This document shows, piece by piece, positions 23,299-32,411 of a DNA stretch of 64,000 nucleotides. The stretch spans positions 320,001 to 384,000 of the forward strand of contig CAVOVB010000007.1 in the NCBI GenBank assembly GCA_963699755.1, in the 5' to 3' direction. The stretch's first letter is position 1, and each line of letters starts with the position of its first letter. The notes beneath the pieces were generated by a model that made no database searches, was not told the DNA's origin, and worked only from the letters and a program-made list of their open reading frames with translations. The DNA comes from an uncultured delta proteobacterium (GTDB taxonomy: Bacteria > Myxococcota_A > Polyangia > Polyangiales > Houyiibacteriaceae). The position numbers and the translations under genes are program-made.

Positions 23299-23316
23299 TG
23301 AATGGTCGTTCATTCA
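23299..23316. promoter_or_regulatory. TetR/FadR-type operator palindrome overlapping the regulator's start
   Basis: TGAATG-gtcgtt-CATTCA perfect inverted repeat; TTGACG -35-like box at 23265. Confidence 0.7.
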
Positions 23317-23919
23317 ACAACCGACAAGCGAAGAGGGTCGACGCCCGACAAGCGGGACCGGATTCTCAAGGCCGCGATCAAAGTCTTCGCAAAGAACGGC
23401 TTCTACGCGACACGGGTGAGCGATATCGCCAGGGCTGCCGGAGTCGCAGACGGCACCATCTACCTCTACTTCAAGAACAAGGAGGATGTCCTGATCACGA
23501 TCTTCGCAGAAGGGATCGGGCAACTGCTGACGATCCTGCAGGATGTCGCGGAATCGGACGAAAGGTTTGAGACCCGGATCAGGCAGATCGTCGAGCTGCA
23601 GCTAGGCTTGCTGGAGGAGCAGCGTGACCTCGCAGAGGTGATCACCGTGAACCTTCGGCAATCGTCTCGTCTGCTGAAGCAGTATGCCACGCCGCTCTTC
23701 ATGGAGTACATCGACGTGATCGCCGGCGTCGTTCGCGACGGACAGCAGGAAGGTGCGTTTCGCAAGGACCTCAACCCGCGCGTCGTCGCCCGAAGCTTGT
23801 TCGGCGCCTTGGACGCGATTTTGCTGACTTGGGCGCTTGGAGATGGCGATCCTCCAGCGTTGCGCAAGGCCGCTGCCCATTGCGCGAGCCTCTTTCTCGA
23901 GGGCCTCCGCCAGCGCTAG
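23302..23919 (+). CDS. TetR family regulator, FadR(YsiA)-like
   Basis: ILKAAIKVFAKNGFYATRVSDIARAAGVADGTIYLYFKNKED helix-turn-helix. Confidence 0.9.
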   Translation: MVVHSTTDKRRGSTPDKRDRILKAAIKVFAKNGFYATRVSDIARAAGVADGTIYLYFKNKEDVLITIFAEGIGQLLTILQDVAESDERFETRIRQIVELQLGLLEEQRDLAEVITVNLRQSSRLLKQYATPLFMEYIDVIAGVVRDGQQEGAFRKDLNPRVVARSLFGALDAILLTWALGDGDPPALRKAAAHCASLFLEGLRQR

Positions 23920-23942
23920 CGAAATCGGCGAGGATCGGCCGC

Positions 23943-24629
23943 TCAATTGTCGGGTCGAGATCGCACGCCCTGCATCGCGGCCACGCAGCTGCTCTCGTAA
24001 ATGACGCCGTCGCACCCGGTGACCTCGGGGCCCTCCGATGGGCAGCTCATCGGCCGATCCTCGCAGCCGCCCGGGCCATCGCAGGCGATGGCATTGCAGT
24101 ATTGATTTGCGGCGCAATCCTGGTTCGTCGTGCAGTCGCACATGCCGAGCGCCGAGACGCGCGCGCCGGACTGGAAGGCGGTGCATGCGTTGCTGTAGGT
24201 CACAGCGTCGCAGCCGCAGACCTCCTGGACGTCCGCTGGATCGCAGCTCTCGGGTTTCGGCGAACAGGTTCCGGGGTTGCCGCAGCTGTCATCGAGCGCA
24301 CAGAACTGGCTCTGCACGCACTCGCCATTGTTCTGGCAGACACAAGGCTGGTTCGTGGCGAGGCGAACGCCAGCCATGTCGGCGAGACAATCGCTCTGGT
24401 AGGTCTTGCCGTCACAACCACAGACTGGATTGTTCACATCGTCGCACATCACGGGTCGCTCGATGCAGACGCCGATGCCCCCTTCGCAGAGCCCGGTCGC
24501 GCAGAGCTCTGTCGAAGCGCAGTCCGTGTTGCTGCGGCAAGCCTCGTCGATGCGGCCTGCGCTGGTGTCGCAGGCCACGAGGAGCAGGACTAGGCACGGA
24601 GCCATGAAATCTGAACGGCGCTTGATCAT
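23943..24629 (-). CDS. Cys-rich lipoprotein with three Kazal-like repeats
   Basis: LLLVAC lipobox; PVCGCDGKTYQSDC, VCGCDAVTYSNAC, VTGCDGVIYESSC. Start uncertain. Confidence 0.75.
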   Translation of the reverse strand: MIKRRSDFMAPCLVLLLVACDTSAGRIDEACRSNTDCASTELCATGLCEGGIGVCIERPVMCDDVNNPVCGCDGKTYQSDCLADMAGVRLATNQPCVCQNNGECVQSQFCALDDSCGNPGTCSPKPESCDPADVQEVCGCDAVTYSNACTAFQSGARVSALGMCDCTTNQDCAANQYCNAIACDGPGGCEDRPMSCPSEGPEVTGCDGVIYESSCVAAMQGVRSRPDN

Positions 24630-24744
24630 TCGGACGGCACGGTAGCCCAACGCACCGAGAACCGACAGGAACGAGCCGTCCGATTTGACAGGATCGTCTT
24701 GAGAATGTTGCGGGGTCGTAACGTTGATAGCCGACCTGGGCCGG

Positions 24745-25608
24745 CTAGCGAATCGCGGCATCGACCAGCTCTTCGCTCACCTCCCAGAGCCTGCGCGCGG
24801 CTTCCTCGTCGCGGGCGGGCTTGCTGGGCCTGACCTCCGCCACTCTGTCGAAGTAACGACCCGTGACGCCCTCGAGCTCGGGCGACGTGGCAACGTGCAC
24901 CGAGGTCTTGGCGCCCTCCGCTTCCGACATGACGATCAGTCGCGCGAGCGCTGAGCGGTGCAGAGCGTTGAGGAAGACGTTGTTCCGCGTGATGCGGCTC
25001 CGCACGTTACCGGGATTGAGGGAATTGGACGTGATCCCCAGACTCTTCCAGCGGCGGGCGAGCTCGTTCGAAAACATCACATTCGCGAGCTTGGAGTGGC
25101 CGTAGGCCCAGAAGCCTCGCCAGCCCTGCTCGAACATCAAGTCTTCCCAGTTGAGTGACTTTGGGCGCACGTGCATCGAGGACGAAACGTTGACCACCCG
25201 GGGCCCGGCGCCGGCGAAGAGCGTGTCCTTGAGCTCGTTCGTGAGCAGAAAATGGGCGAGGTGATTCACGGCGAAGGTCTCCTCGTAGCCGTCCTTGCTG
25301 AGCGTCCGTTCTCGGTGCCAGACGCCTGCGTTGTTCACCAGGACGTCGAGCGAGGGGAAACGCCTCTTGATCTCCGCCGCCAGCTGCCGAACCTCCGGCA
25401 GCGAGGAGAAGTCGGCCTGGAAGGTCTCGATTCGCCCGCCTCCACCGGCGCGAAGCTCCTCGGCGGCCTTCGCAAGGCGTTCCGCATTGCGGCCGACGAT
25501 CCCGACGACATCGAAGCGCGAGATCAGACCCCGCGCGGTCTCCAAGCCGATTCCGCTGCTTCCACCGGTCACTACCGCGTAGCGAGTGCCTTTGGTCTCC
25601 CCGCGCAC
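24745..25608 (-). CDS. Short-chain dehydrogenase/reductase (retinol dehydrogenase-like)
   Basis: TGGSSGIG, NNAG, FAVNHLAHFLLT, YGHSK (YxxxK). Confidence 0.9.
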   Translation of the reverse strand: MRGETKGTRYAVVTGGSSGIGLETARGLISRFDVVGIVGRNAERLAKAAEELRAGGGGRIETFQADFSSLPEVRQLAAEIKRRFPSLDVLVNNAGVWHRERTLSKDGYEETFAVNHLAHFLLTNELKDTLFAGAGPRVVNVSSSMHVRPKSLNWEDLMFEQGWRGFWAYGHSKLANVMFSNELARRWKSLGITSNSLNPGNVRSRITRNNVFLNALHRSALARLIVMSEAEGAKTSVHVATSPELEGVTGRYFDRVAEVRPSKPARDEEAARRLWEVSEELVDAAIR

Positions 25609-25673
25609 GACTCATTTCTATCATAGCCGAGCAGGGTGAAAGGGGCGAGCAGCCGACTGCGGGGCCACCCTCC

Positions 25674-25702
25674 TTGACAGCTCTGCAAAACGCTCCTAGA
25701 TC
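25674..25702 (+). promoter_or_regulatory. Sigma70-type promoter of etfBA
   Basis: TTGACA-N17-TAGATC. Confidence 0.6.
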
Positions 25703-25759
25703 GCCTGCGATTTTCAGCATTTAACAGCCTTGCACGGCTCCATGTTCTGAGGAGGAAAT

Positions 25760-26611
25760 GTGAAGATCCTCGTATCCATCAAGCGCGTTGCGGATCCGGA
25801 CAACGCAAGCAAGCTCAAGGTGAGCGGCGACGGCAAGACCGTCACATCGGAAGGCCTCGAGTGGAAGATGAATCCATTCGACGATTGGAGTCTCGAGGCC
25901 GCCCTGCGATTGACCGAGAACGCCGCGGAGAAGAACGCGCGTGTCGGTGAGGTCGTGCTGGTTTCGATCGGCCCGAACGACGAGCACACCCAGCGGATCA
26001 TCCGCGAGGGTCTCGCAAAAGGCGCCGAGCGCGGCATCCTCGTCGAAGCTGACGAGGGCAACCTGGACGGCGCGGTGGTCGCAGCGATCCTCAAGGGCGT
26101 CGTGGACAAAGAAAGTCCCGACCTGGTCATGATGGGAAAGCAGGCAGCCGATGGCGACTCGAACGTCGCCGGCACCAAGCTCGCTGAGAAGCTGGGCTGG
26201 CCGGTCATCAACTCCGCCATGCACATCATGACCGCCGACGATGGGAAGACCCTCGAGGTCAAGCGCGAGCTCGACACAGGCGTCGCAACCGTCAAAGTCA
26301 CTGGCCCAGCCGTCATCACCACCTCAGACCGTATCCTTCACCCGGAGTCGGTGCAGAACGGCGTGACCCCCGACGGCCACCAGTATGCGAAGCTGGAAGT
26401 CGGCGGTCGCTACGCATCCCTCAAAGGCATCATGCAGGCCAAGAAGAAGCCTATCGATCAGATGTCGATCGCTGACCTCGGCGTCGACACCGCAAAGGCG
26501 CTCAACTACACGAAGTTCGAGCTGCCCCCGGCGCGCTCGGGTGAAACCACGTTCGTCGAGGATGCCGCGGATCTCGTCGACAAGCTGCACAACGTGGCCA
26601 AGGTCATCTAA
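25760..26611 (+). CDS. etfB: Electron transfer flavoprotein beta subunit
   Basis: MKILVSIKRVAD, MNPFD, GKQAADGD, RYASLKGIMQAKKK. GTG start with ggagg SD. Confidence 0.93.
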   Translation: MKILVSIKRVADPDNASKLKVSGDGKTVTSEGLEWKMNPFDDWSLEAALRLTENAAEKNARVGEVVLVSIGPNDEHTQRIIREGLAKGAERGILVEADEGNLDGAVVAAILKGVVDKESPDLVMMGKQAADGDSNVAGTKLAEKLGWPVINSAMHIMTADDGKTLEVKRELDTGVATVKVTGPAVITTSDRILHPESVQNGVTPDGHQYAKLEVGGRYASLKGIMQAKKKPIDQMSIADLGVDTAKALNYTKFELPPARSGETTFVEDAADLVDKLHNVAKVI

Positions 26612-26641
26612 CCTTCGAGAAACGGAAAGGAAGCATCAGAC

Positions 26642-27604
26642 ATGGCTAAGGTTCTCGTTGTTGCGGAGTTGCTAGAGGGCAAGGCACGCAAAACCACCCT
26701 TTGTGCCGTCACCGCCGCGAAGCAGATCGCGGAAGGAACGGGCGGCTCATTCGACATCCTCTCCATCGGAGAAGGCGCAGGCGCGGCGGCCGAGGAGCTT
26801 TCGGGCTACGGCGCGGCAAAGGTGCTCAAGGCGGAGATCGCCGGCGGGTACACCTGTGAGAAGTACGCTGCGACCGTCGCAGAGGCTGGCAAGGGCTATG
26901 ACGTCCTGGTGGCTTGTGCGAGCGCCTACGGCAAGGACTTGCTCCCGCGCGTGGCCGCCAAGCTCGGTGCTGGCGTGGCGTCCGACATTTCGGCAGTGCA
27001 CATCGACGGCGGCAAGCTGTCGTACACCCGTCCGATGTACGCTGGCAATGTGTACGGCACCGTCGAGATCCTCACCGGCAAGCAGGTCGTCACCGTCCGT
27101 CAGTCGGAATTCGAGGCAGCGGCGGCCTCCGGAGGCACGAGCCCCTCGGAAGACATCGCCGTGCAGAGTGACCCGGCCGCGGACAAGGTCGAGTTTCTCG
27201 GCGTCGAGGTGGTGAAGAGCGAGCGCCCAGATCTGGGCGATGCTGACATCGTCGTCTCAGGAGGCCGTGCACTCAAGAGCGCCGACAACTTCACCAACGT
27301 GATCGAGCCGCTCGTCGATGCGCTCGGCGCGGCAATGGGCGCCTCGCGTGCGGCCTGTGACGCCGGATATGTGTCCCCAGAGCTTCAGGTTGGCCAGACG
27401 GGCAAAGTCGTCGCTCCGAAGCTGTATGTCGCGATTGGCATTTCAGGGGCCATCCAGCACTTGGCCGGCATGAAGGGCAGCAAGACCATCGTGGCGATCA
27501 ACAAGGACAAGGAAGCGCCGATCGCTCAGGTTGCCGACTACTTCCTGGTCGCCGATCTCTTCGATGCGGTGCCGGCGCTCACCGAGGAAGTGAAAAAGCT
27601 GTAA
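26642..27604 (+). CDS. etfA: Electron transfer flavoprotein alpha subunit
   Basis: [31 protein letters not shown]. Confidence 0.95.
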   Translation: MAKVLVVAELLEGKARKTTLCAVTAAKQIAEGTGGSFDILSIGEGAGAAAEELSGYGAAKVLKAEIAGGYTCEKYAATVAEAGKGYDVLVACASAYGKDLLPRVAAKLGAGVASDISAVHIDGGKLSYTRPMYAGNVYGTVEILTGKQVVTVRQSEFEAAAASGGTSPSEDIAVQSDPAADKVEFLGVEVVKSERPDLGDADIVVSGGRALKSADNFTNVIEPLVDALGAAMGASRAACDAGYVSPELQVGQTGKVVAPKLYVAIGISGAIQHLAGMKGSKTIVAINKDKEAPIAQVADYFLVADLFDAVPALTEEVKKL

Positions 27605-27624
27605 GCCTCACCGGCTGAAATCGC

Positions 27625-27666
27625 TAGAAGAAGCCCGGGGGATCTAGCCTCTCGGGCTTTCTATTT
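27625..27666 (+). terminator. Intrinsic terminator after etfA
   Basis: aagcccgggg...ctctcgggcttt-ctattt hairpin with T-rich tail. Confidence 0.7.
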
Positions 27667-27719
27667 GGCCTGCTGCTTTTTTGTGGCCGAGGGCTCTGTT
27701 GATCCTGCACAATTCCGAG

Positions 27720-28232
27720 ATGGCCTGGTCCGTCGCTGCCCTGCTGCTGCTCGCCGTGGTGCTCGTCGCACCGGCCGAGGTCAGGCGCCGGCGTCGACGG
27801 CAAGCTGCCGATCCGCTTCGCAGCCCGCACCGGGCCGCGCAGCAAGACCGCGCGCCCGCACCCACTTCTGGGCCGGCCGGGGAGGCCGAGCCTAGTCCCT
27901 CGAAGAGCTGCCCCGTATGCCTTTCGGAGTATCCGACCAAGAATCGCTTCTGCGTCAGCGATGGAGCAGAGCTGATGGACTGCCAGACCTCGGGGCCTTT
28001 TGCCCAGGGGATGATCTGTCCAACTTGCCGGCGCGGCTATCCCTTCGATTCGAGCTTTTGCCCTGAAGATGCGGACGAATTGGTGCCCTACGGCCTTTTC
28101 GGCGCCGCAGGCTCGAACCGCCTTCCCCTGAGGCGCGATACCAACAAAATCTGCCCCGAATGTGGGATTCGTCACTCCGCAACCCACCTCTTCTGTGGCC
28201 AGGACGGCACCGAGCTCGTGGCCCTAAACTGA
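27720..28232 (+). CDS. Membrane-anchored protein with three zinc-ribbon-like repeats
   Basis: N-terminal hydrophobic helix followed by poly-Arg; three copies of CPxC-x9-FCxxDxxEL. Confidence 0.7.
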   Translation: MAWSVAALLLLAVVLVAPAEVRRRRRRQAADPLRSPHRAAQQDRAPAPTSGPAGEAEPSPSKSCPVCLSEYPTKNRFCVSDGAELMDCQTSGPFAQGMICPTCRRGYPFDSSFCPEDADELVPYGLFGAAGSNRLPLRRDTNKICPECGIRHSATHLFCGQDGTELVALN

Positions 28233-28296
28233 AAGAAGAGCCAAGGATTCGAGCCAAGGGGGGTCCAATGACTCGGAATCAACCTTGGTGGACTTC

Positions 28297-28326
28297 TTGC
28301 TTGGGATAGGATCGGGCCGCTATGAT
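28297..28326 (+). promoter_or_regulatory. Sigma70-type promoter candidate
   Basis: TTGCTT-N18-TATGAT upstream of 28413. Confidence 0.45.
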
Positions 28327-28412
28327 CGCGGTGCTAAAGGGGAATCTTCGATCCGGTACAACTCGACTTGTCGCCCGAGTTGCCAAGGGCCGGGGGAGAC
28401 TGGGGGCAATAG

Positions 28413-30104
28413 ATGAAGATCGTTTGCGATAGCTGCGGGGCCAAATACTCGATCGCCGACGAAAAAGTCGCTGGGAAAATCTTCAAGATCCGATGCAAGA
28501 AGTGCTCGTCGGTTCTGGAGGTTCGCGGCGACCAGACCGGTGCAAACGCAGTCGACCAGCCGCTTGCGACTCCAGCTCGCGGCAGCGAACCGACCTGGTA
28601 CATCGTGATCGATGGTGAGCAGAAGGGGCCCGTGGCTCCGATCGAGCTGAGTCGACTGTTCGCGAAGGGCAGCGTGGGTCTCGACTCCTATGTCTGGAAC
28701 GAAGGATTCGAAGACTGGAAGATCGCAGGAGAGGTCCCCGAGCTCGCGCAGATCTTTGGCGCTGCCGCTTCGCAGGCCGGGCGCCCGCAGGCAGTGGCCG
28801 ACGACACCGAGGCGTTCGCGAGCCGTGGCGACCTCTTCGGCGCCAACGAAGGCCGCGAGCCCACGAGCGAGATCGACACGAACAGCAGCATGTTTGCCGG
28901 TTTCGAAGAGAGCCCGACGCCAACACCTTCGGGAGCCGAGCGTTCCCCCTTCGCAGCGGCCTCTCAGGACGCCGGCACCTCAGTGGGCGGCGGCGCAATG
29001 GGTATGTCCGCGCCTCAACGCATGACGGGCCAACGCAACGAAAACTCGGTCCTGTTCTCGCTTAGTAATTTGCAGCAGCTCGCGTCGCGCGGCGGCTCGC
29101 CTGTTCAATCCGCTACGGTCGCGAGCCAGCGTCCCGCGGCATCGCTTAACGCGCAGGGCCTTGCTTCAACATCTGGCGAGGGCTCCGGGCTCATCGACAT
29201 TCGAGCACTCGCAAAATCGACGACGCCAGGCACCAGTGCCGCCCCCTCGCAGGCGGTCGACGATCTGCTTGCCATCGGAACCGGCGCCGGAGCGGCGTTT
29301 GGCGCACCCCTGCTCGGACCGGCACCCGATGAATCCTCTGACCGAAATCGATGGCTGTGGATCGGAGGCGTTGCGATCGCGGTGATTGCGATCGTCGGTG
29401 CAGGAGTGGGCGTCGGGATGGCAATCGGAGGCTCCGACGAGGACGCGCTTGAGATCACCGCGGAAGCCCAACCCACTCCGGCCCACGCGATCCCAGAATC
29501 GAAGCAGGCGGCGGTCGCCGCTCAATCGCCCATCGAGCCAGCTGACGAGGCGCTCGCCGCTAGGGAGCCTATCGAGGCCGCGACGATCGAGGACAATACA
29601 CCTGAGACCGCACCCGAGCTTGTGGAGCCGGCGCCCAAGAAGCCCAGCACGGCCGGCAGCAAGTCGGAGCGACGCCCACGCGCGAGCAGGACCAAGGACA
29701 GGGCGACGCCCGAGCCTGAGCCGGCGCCCAAGAAGCGGGGTGGCAATCTCGATGCGCTCATGGACGAGGTGGTGGGCGGCTCTTCTTCGAAGCCCGCCGA
29801 GACCAAGACGTCATCCGGCTCCGCCGAATCCAGCCTGCCCGATGCGCCGTCGCGCGACGATGTGAAGACTGCGCTTCAGGGTGTCAGCGGCGCTGTGAAG
29901 GCTTGCGGGAAGAGCGACGGCGGTACCGCCACCGTCAACGTTACATTCAGCGGAAAGACGGGCCGGGTCAGCAATGCCAACGTTGCTTCGGGGCCCTTCA
30001 AGGGGACGCCGGTTGGCTCCTGCATCGAGGCGGCGGTCAAACGCGCCCGGGTCCCGCGATTCAAGCAGTCGACTTTCAAAGTCACGTTCCCATATCGTCT
30101 CTGA
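28413..30104 (+). CDS. GltJ/AgmX-like protein: zinc ribbon, GYF_2, TM, Pro-rich linker, TonB-C-like domain
   Basis: MKIVCDSCGAKYSIADEKV...IRCKKC; WY...QKGP...VWNEGFEDW; C-terminal GSCIEAAVKRARVPRF...VTFPY. Confidence 0.78.
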   Translation: MKIVCDSCGAKYSIADEKVAGKIFKIRCKKCSSVLEVRGDQTGANAVDQPLATPARGSEPTWYIVIDGEQKGPVAPIELSRLFAKGSVGLDSYVWNEGFEDWKIAGEVPELAQIFGAAASQAGRPQAVADDTEAFASRGDLFGANEGREPTSEIDTNSSMFAGFEESPTPTPSGAERSPFAAASQDAGTSVGGGAMGMSAPQRMTGQRNENSVLFSLSNLQQLASRGGSPVQSATVASQRPAASLNAQGLASTSGEGSGLIDIRALAKSTTPGTSAAPSQAVDDLLAIGTGAGAAFGAPLLGPAPDESSDRNRWLWIGGVAIAVIAIVGAGVGVGMAIGGSDEDALEITAEAQPTPAHAIPESKQAAVAAQSPIEPADEALAAREPIEAATIEDNTPETAPELVEPAPKKPSTAGSKSERRPRASRTKDRATPEPEPAPKKRGGNLDALMDEVVGGSSSKPAETKTSSGSAESSLPDAPSRDDVKTALQGVSGAVKACGKSDGGTATVNVTFSGKTGRVSNANVASGPFKGTPVGSCIEAAVKRARVPRFKQSTFKVTFPYRL

Positions 30105-30172
30105 CTCGACCGGCCGCGCCGCCCCAACCGCACACCGCCGACCCCCACCCAAGGGCCGATCCGCGAATTCGA

Positions 30173-31642
30173 CTACCGAAGCCCCTCGAGGAAACGCACC
30201 CCCGTCGCAACGCCAAAGCCCGTGCCCCCTTTGGGCAAGCGTCCATGTGCGCGCTCGATGAAGGCAGGCCCGGCGATGTCGAGGTGCATCCACTTGGTGT
30301 CGCCGACGAACTCCTTGAGAAAGAGCGCCGCTGTGATCGAGCCGCCGTAGCGACCGCCGATGTGTTTCAAATCGGCGATCGAGCTTTTGAGGGTGGAGCG
30401 CAACTCCGAATCCAGAGGCAATCGCCACAGCGATTCGCCCTCACCCTCGGAAGCGTCGAGGTACTTCGAAGCAAGTTTGTCGTCATCGGTGTAGAGCGCC
30501 GCGCGCCAGGGGCCAAGTGCCACCATGCATGCCCCGGTCAAGGTCGCGTGGTCGATCATCAGGTCGGGTTTGAGCTTGCGTGCCGCCCAAGTGAGCACGT
30601 CAGCGAGCACCAAGCGGCCCTCAGCATCGGTGTTGATCACCTCGACGGTCTTGCCCTCCAACGACGTGTACACGTCGCCGGGCCGGTACGCCTTGGCGCC
30701 GGTCATGTTCTCGGTGGAGCCGATGACCGCGTGTACCTCGACGGGAAGCTTGAGACGCGCCGCTGCAAACACGATGCCAAGCGTCGTCGCGGCGCCGGCC
30801 ATATCACACTTCATGTCGGCCATGGAAGCAGCCGGCTTGATACAGAGGCCCCCCGCGTCGAAGGTGAGGCCTTTCCCGACGAACACGACCTTCTTCTTTG
30901 GGCGCGCGGGCTTGTACACGACATGAATGACCCGTGGCTCAATAGCGCTGCCCCTGTTGACGGCGAGCAATAGGTTCATGCCCTCCTTTTCGATGCGCGC
31001 CTTGTTCCAGACCCGACAGGCCAGACCGAGCTTCCGCGACTCGCTCGAGGCGGCGCGCGCCAGGGTCACCGGGTTCAAGTCGTTGGGGGGCCGGTTGACG
31101 AGATCACGAGCGAAGTTGACGCTCTCGCCGATCGCTTTGCCTGCCCGAACCGCCGCCGTGAGGCCACGCCCGCCCTTCGGGGCGCCGACGATGAGCGCGG
31201 AGCGGAGAGTGGCAGCATCCGTCTTGTCGGTCTTGTATTCGGCGAAGCGATAGGCGCCGGCGATGAGACCCTGCGAGGCTGCGCGGACCGACTCGGCGTT
31301 GACGACAGGCAGCTCGAGCGCCGCGCTCTTCTGCGCGCGCGCTGCGGAAGCAACCGCGTGCCCGAGATTCCAGGCGACTTTCGCCGGGTCTTCTTCGTCA
31401 CCAACCCCGACGAGCAAGAGCCAGCGGGGCTTCACCTTGCCGGCGGTCGCGACTTTGAGGGTTTGTGAGGCCTTGCCGGTAAAGCGTTCGTCAGAAGCGA
31501 GTGGCTTGATGCTGCCCTTGCCCGTGACCGCTTCGATACCGCCCAGGGCTTTGTTGAGCATGGTCTTTCCCGACGGAACCGCGATCGCAACGATGTCGGC
31601 GGTCGATTTGTCCCAGGTGCGCTCGGAAAGTGAAATCTTCAT
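30173..31642 (-). CDS. pepA: Leucyl aminopeptidase (M17)
   Basis: VGKGLTFDAGG, MKCDMAGAA, NTDAEGRLVLAD, WMHLDIAG. Confidence 0.95.
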   Translation of the reverse strand: MKISLSERTWDKSTADIVAIAVPSGKTMLNKALGGIEAVTGKGSIKPLASDERFTGKASQTLKVATAGKVKPRWLLLVGVGDEEDPAKVAWNLGHAVASAARAQKSAALELPVVNAESVRAASQGLIAGAYRFAEYKTDKTDAATLRSALIVGAPKGGRGLTAAVRAGKAIGESVNFARDLVNRPPNDLNPVTLARAASSESRKLGLACRVWNKARIEKEGMNLLLAVNRGSAIEPRVIHVVYKPARPKKKVVFVGKGLTFDAGGLCIKPAASMADMKCDMAGAATTLGIVFAAARLKLPVEVHAVIGSTENMTGAKAYRPGDVYTSLEGKTVEVINTDAEGRLVLADVLTWAARKLKPDLMIDHATLTGACMVALGPWRAALYTDDDKLASKYLDASEGEGESLWRLPLDSELRSTLKSSIADLKHIGGRYGGSITAALFLKEFVGDTKWMHLDIAGPAFIERAHGRLPKGGTGFGVATGVRFLEGLR

Positions 31643-31796
31643 CTGGCTCCGTCCCCTTTGGTCGGCTGGATACTGACAGGAACTTGTGCGCCCAACAAAT
31701 CAAACCCGCGCCGACGGTCAGCTGGCGGCCGCCGTTGCCACGGCGGCGTTTCGCCAATTCGGGCGACCTAGATGCCCGGGATCACTTGGTCGAGCG

Positions 31797-31814
31797 CTGG
31801 CACTGCGTGTGCAT
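31797..31814 (+). promoter_or_regulatory. Sigma54 (-24/-12) promoter
   Basis: cTGGCACtgcgtgTGCAt: GG-N10-GC with a consensus TGGCAC -24 box, about 35 nt before ATG 31848. Confidence 0.7.
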
Positions 31815-31847
31815 CGAGCTCCTTTCTCATTCCAAGCAGGAGGAACG

Positions 31848-32063
31848 ATGCTCGAAGAGAACAAAGTGAAGATCGCTTACACCGTGGTGGAGCGGAATAA
31901 GGATGGACGGAAGTTTTGGGTGCGCGTGGGCGCGGCATTCGTCAACCGGGACGGAAGCCTGAACGTTCGACTCGACGCGATGCCGGTCAACGGAGAGCTG
32001 CAAATCCGCGACTACCAGCCGAGGGAAGCCCGCGAAAACACCTCGCGCGACGAGGCAGCCTGA
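31848..32063 (+). CDS. Small conserved-looking beta-rich hypothetical protein (71 aa), possible ssDNA binder
   Basis: SD aggagg; KFWVRVGAAFVNRDGSLNVRLDAMPVNGELQIR. Confidence 0.8.
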   Translation: MLEENKVKIAYTVVERNKDGRKFWVRVGAAFVNRDGSLNVRLDAMPVNGELQIRDYQPREARENTSRDEAA

Positions 32064-32371
32064 TGAAACGGGCATTGATTCTGCTGCTCACGCTCGGCGC
32101 GCTCCACGCGAGGCCCGCCGGAGCAGTCGACGGCGGCGTCGGCCCCCCTGAACCGGGGCCGCCAAGCGCCGAGCAAGACGAGCGATTGAACATCAACGAG
32201 GCAGGGCCCGAGGAGCTGGTGAAGCTCCCGGGCATCGGCCCAAGCCGTGCCAAAGCGATCATCGCCGAGCGCGAAAAGCGCCGTTTTCGCCGCATCGAAG
32301 ACATCCTTCGCGTGCCGGGTGTCGGCCGGAAGACGTTCGGACGAATTCGTCACGCGATCCGTGTGCGCTAG
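32063..32371 (+). CDS. comEA: ComEA-type helix-hairpin-helix DNA-binding protein with signal peptide
   Basis: LNINEAGPEELVKLPGIGPSRAKAII...RVPGVGRKTF. TGATG overlap with the upstream gene. Confidence 0.85.
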   Translation: MKRALILLLTLGALHARPAGAVDGGVGPPEPGPPSAEQDERLNINEAGPEELVKLPGIGPSRAKAIIAEREKRRFRRIEDILRVPGVGRKTFGRIRHAIRVR

Positions 32372-32411
32372 GCGCTACCACCAAGCTGCCAAACGGCATA
32401 GGTTCGGGCAC

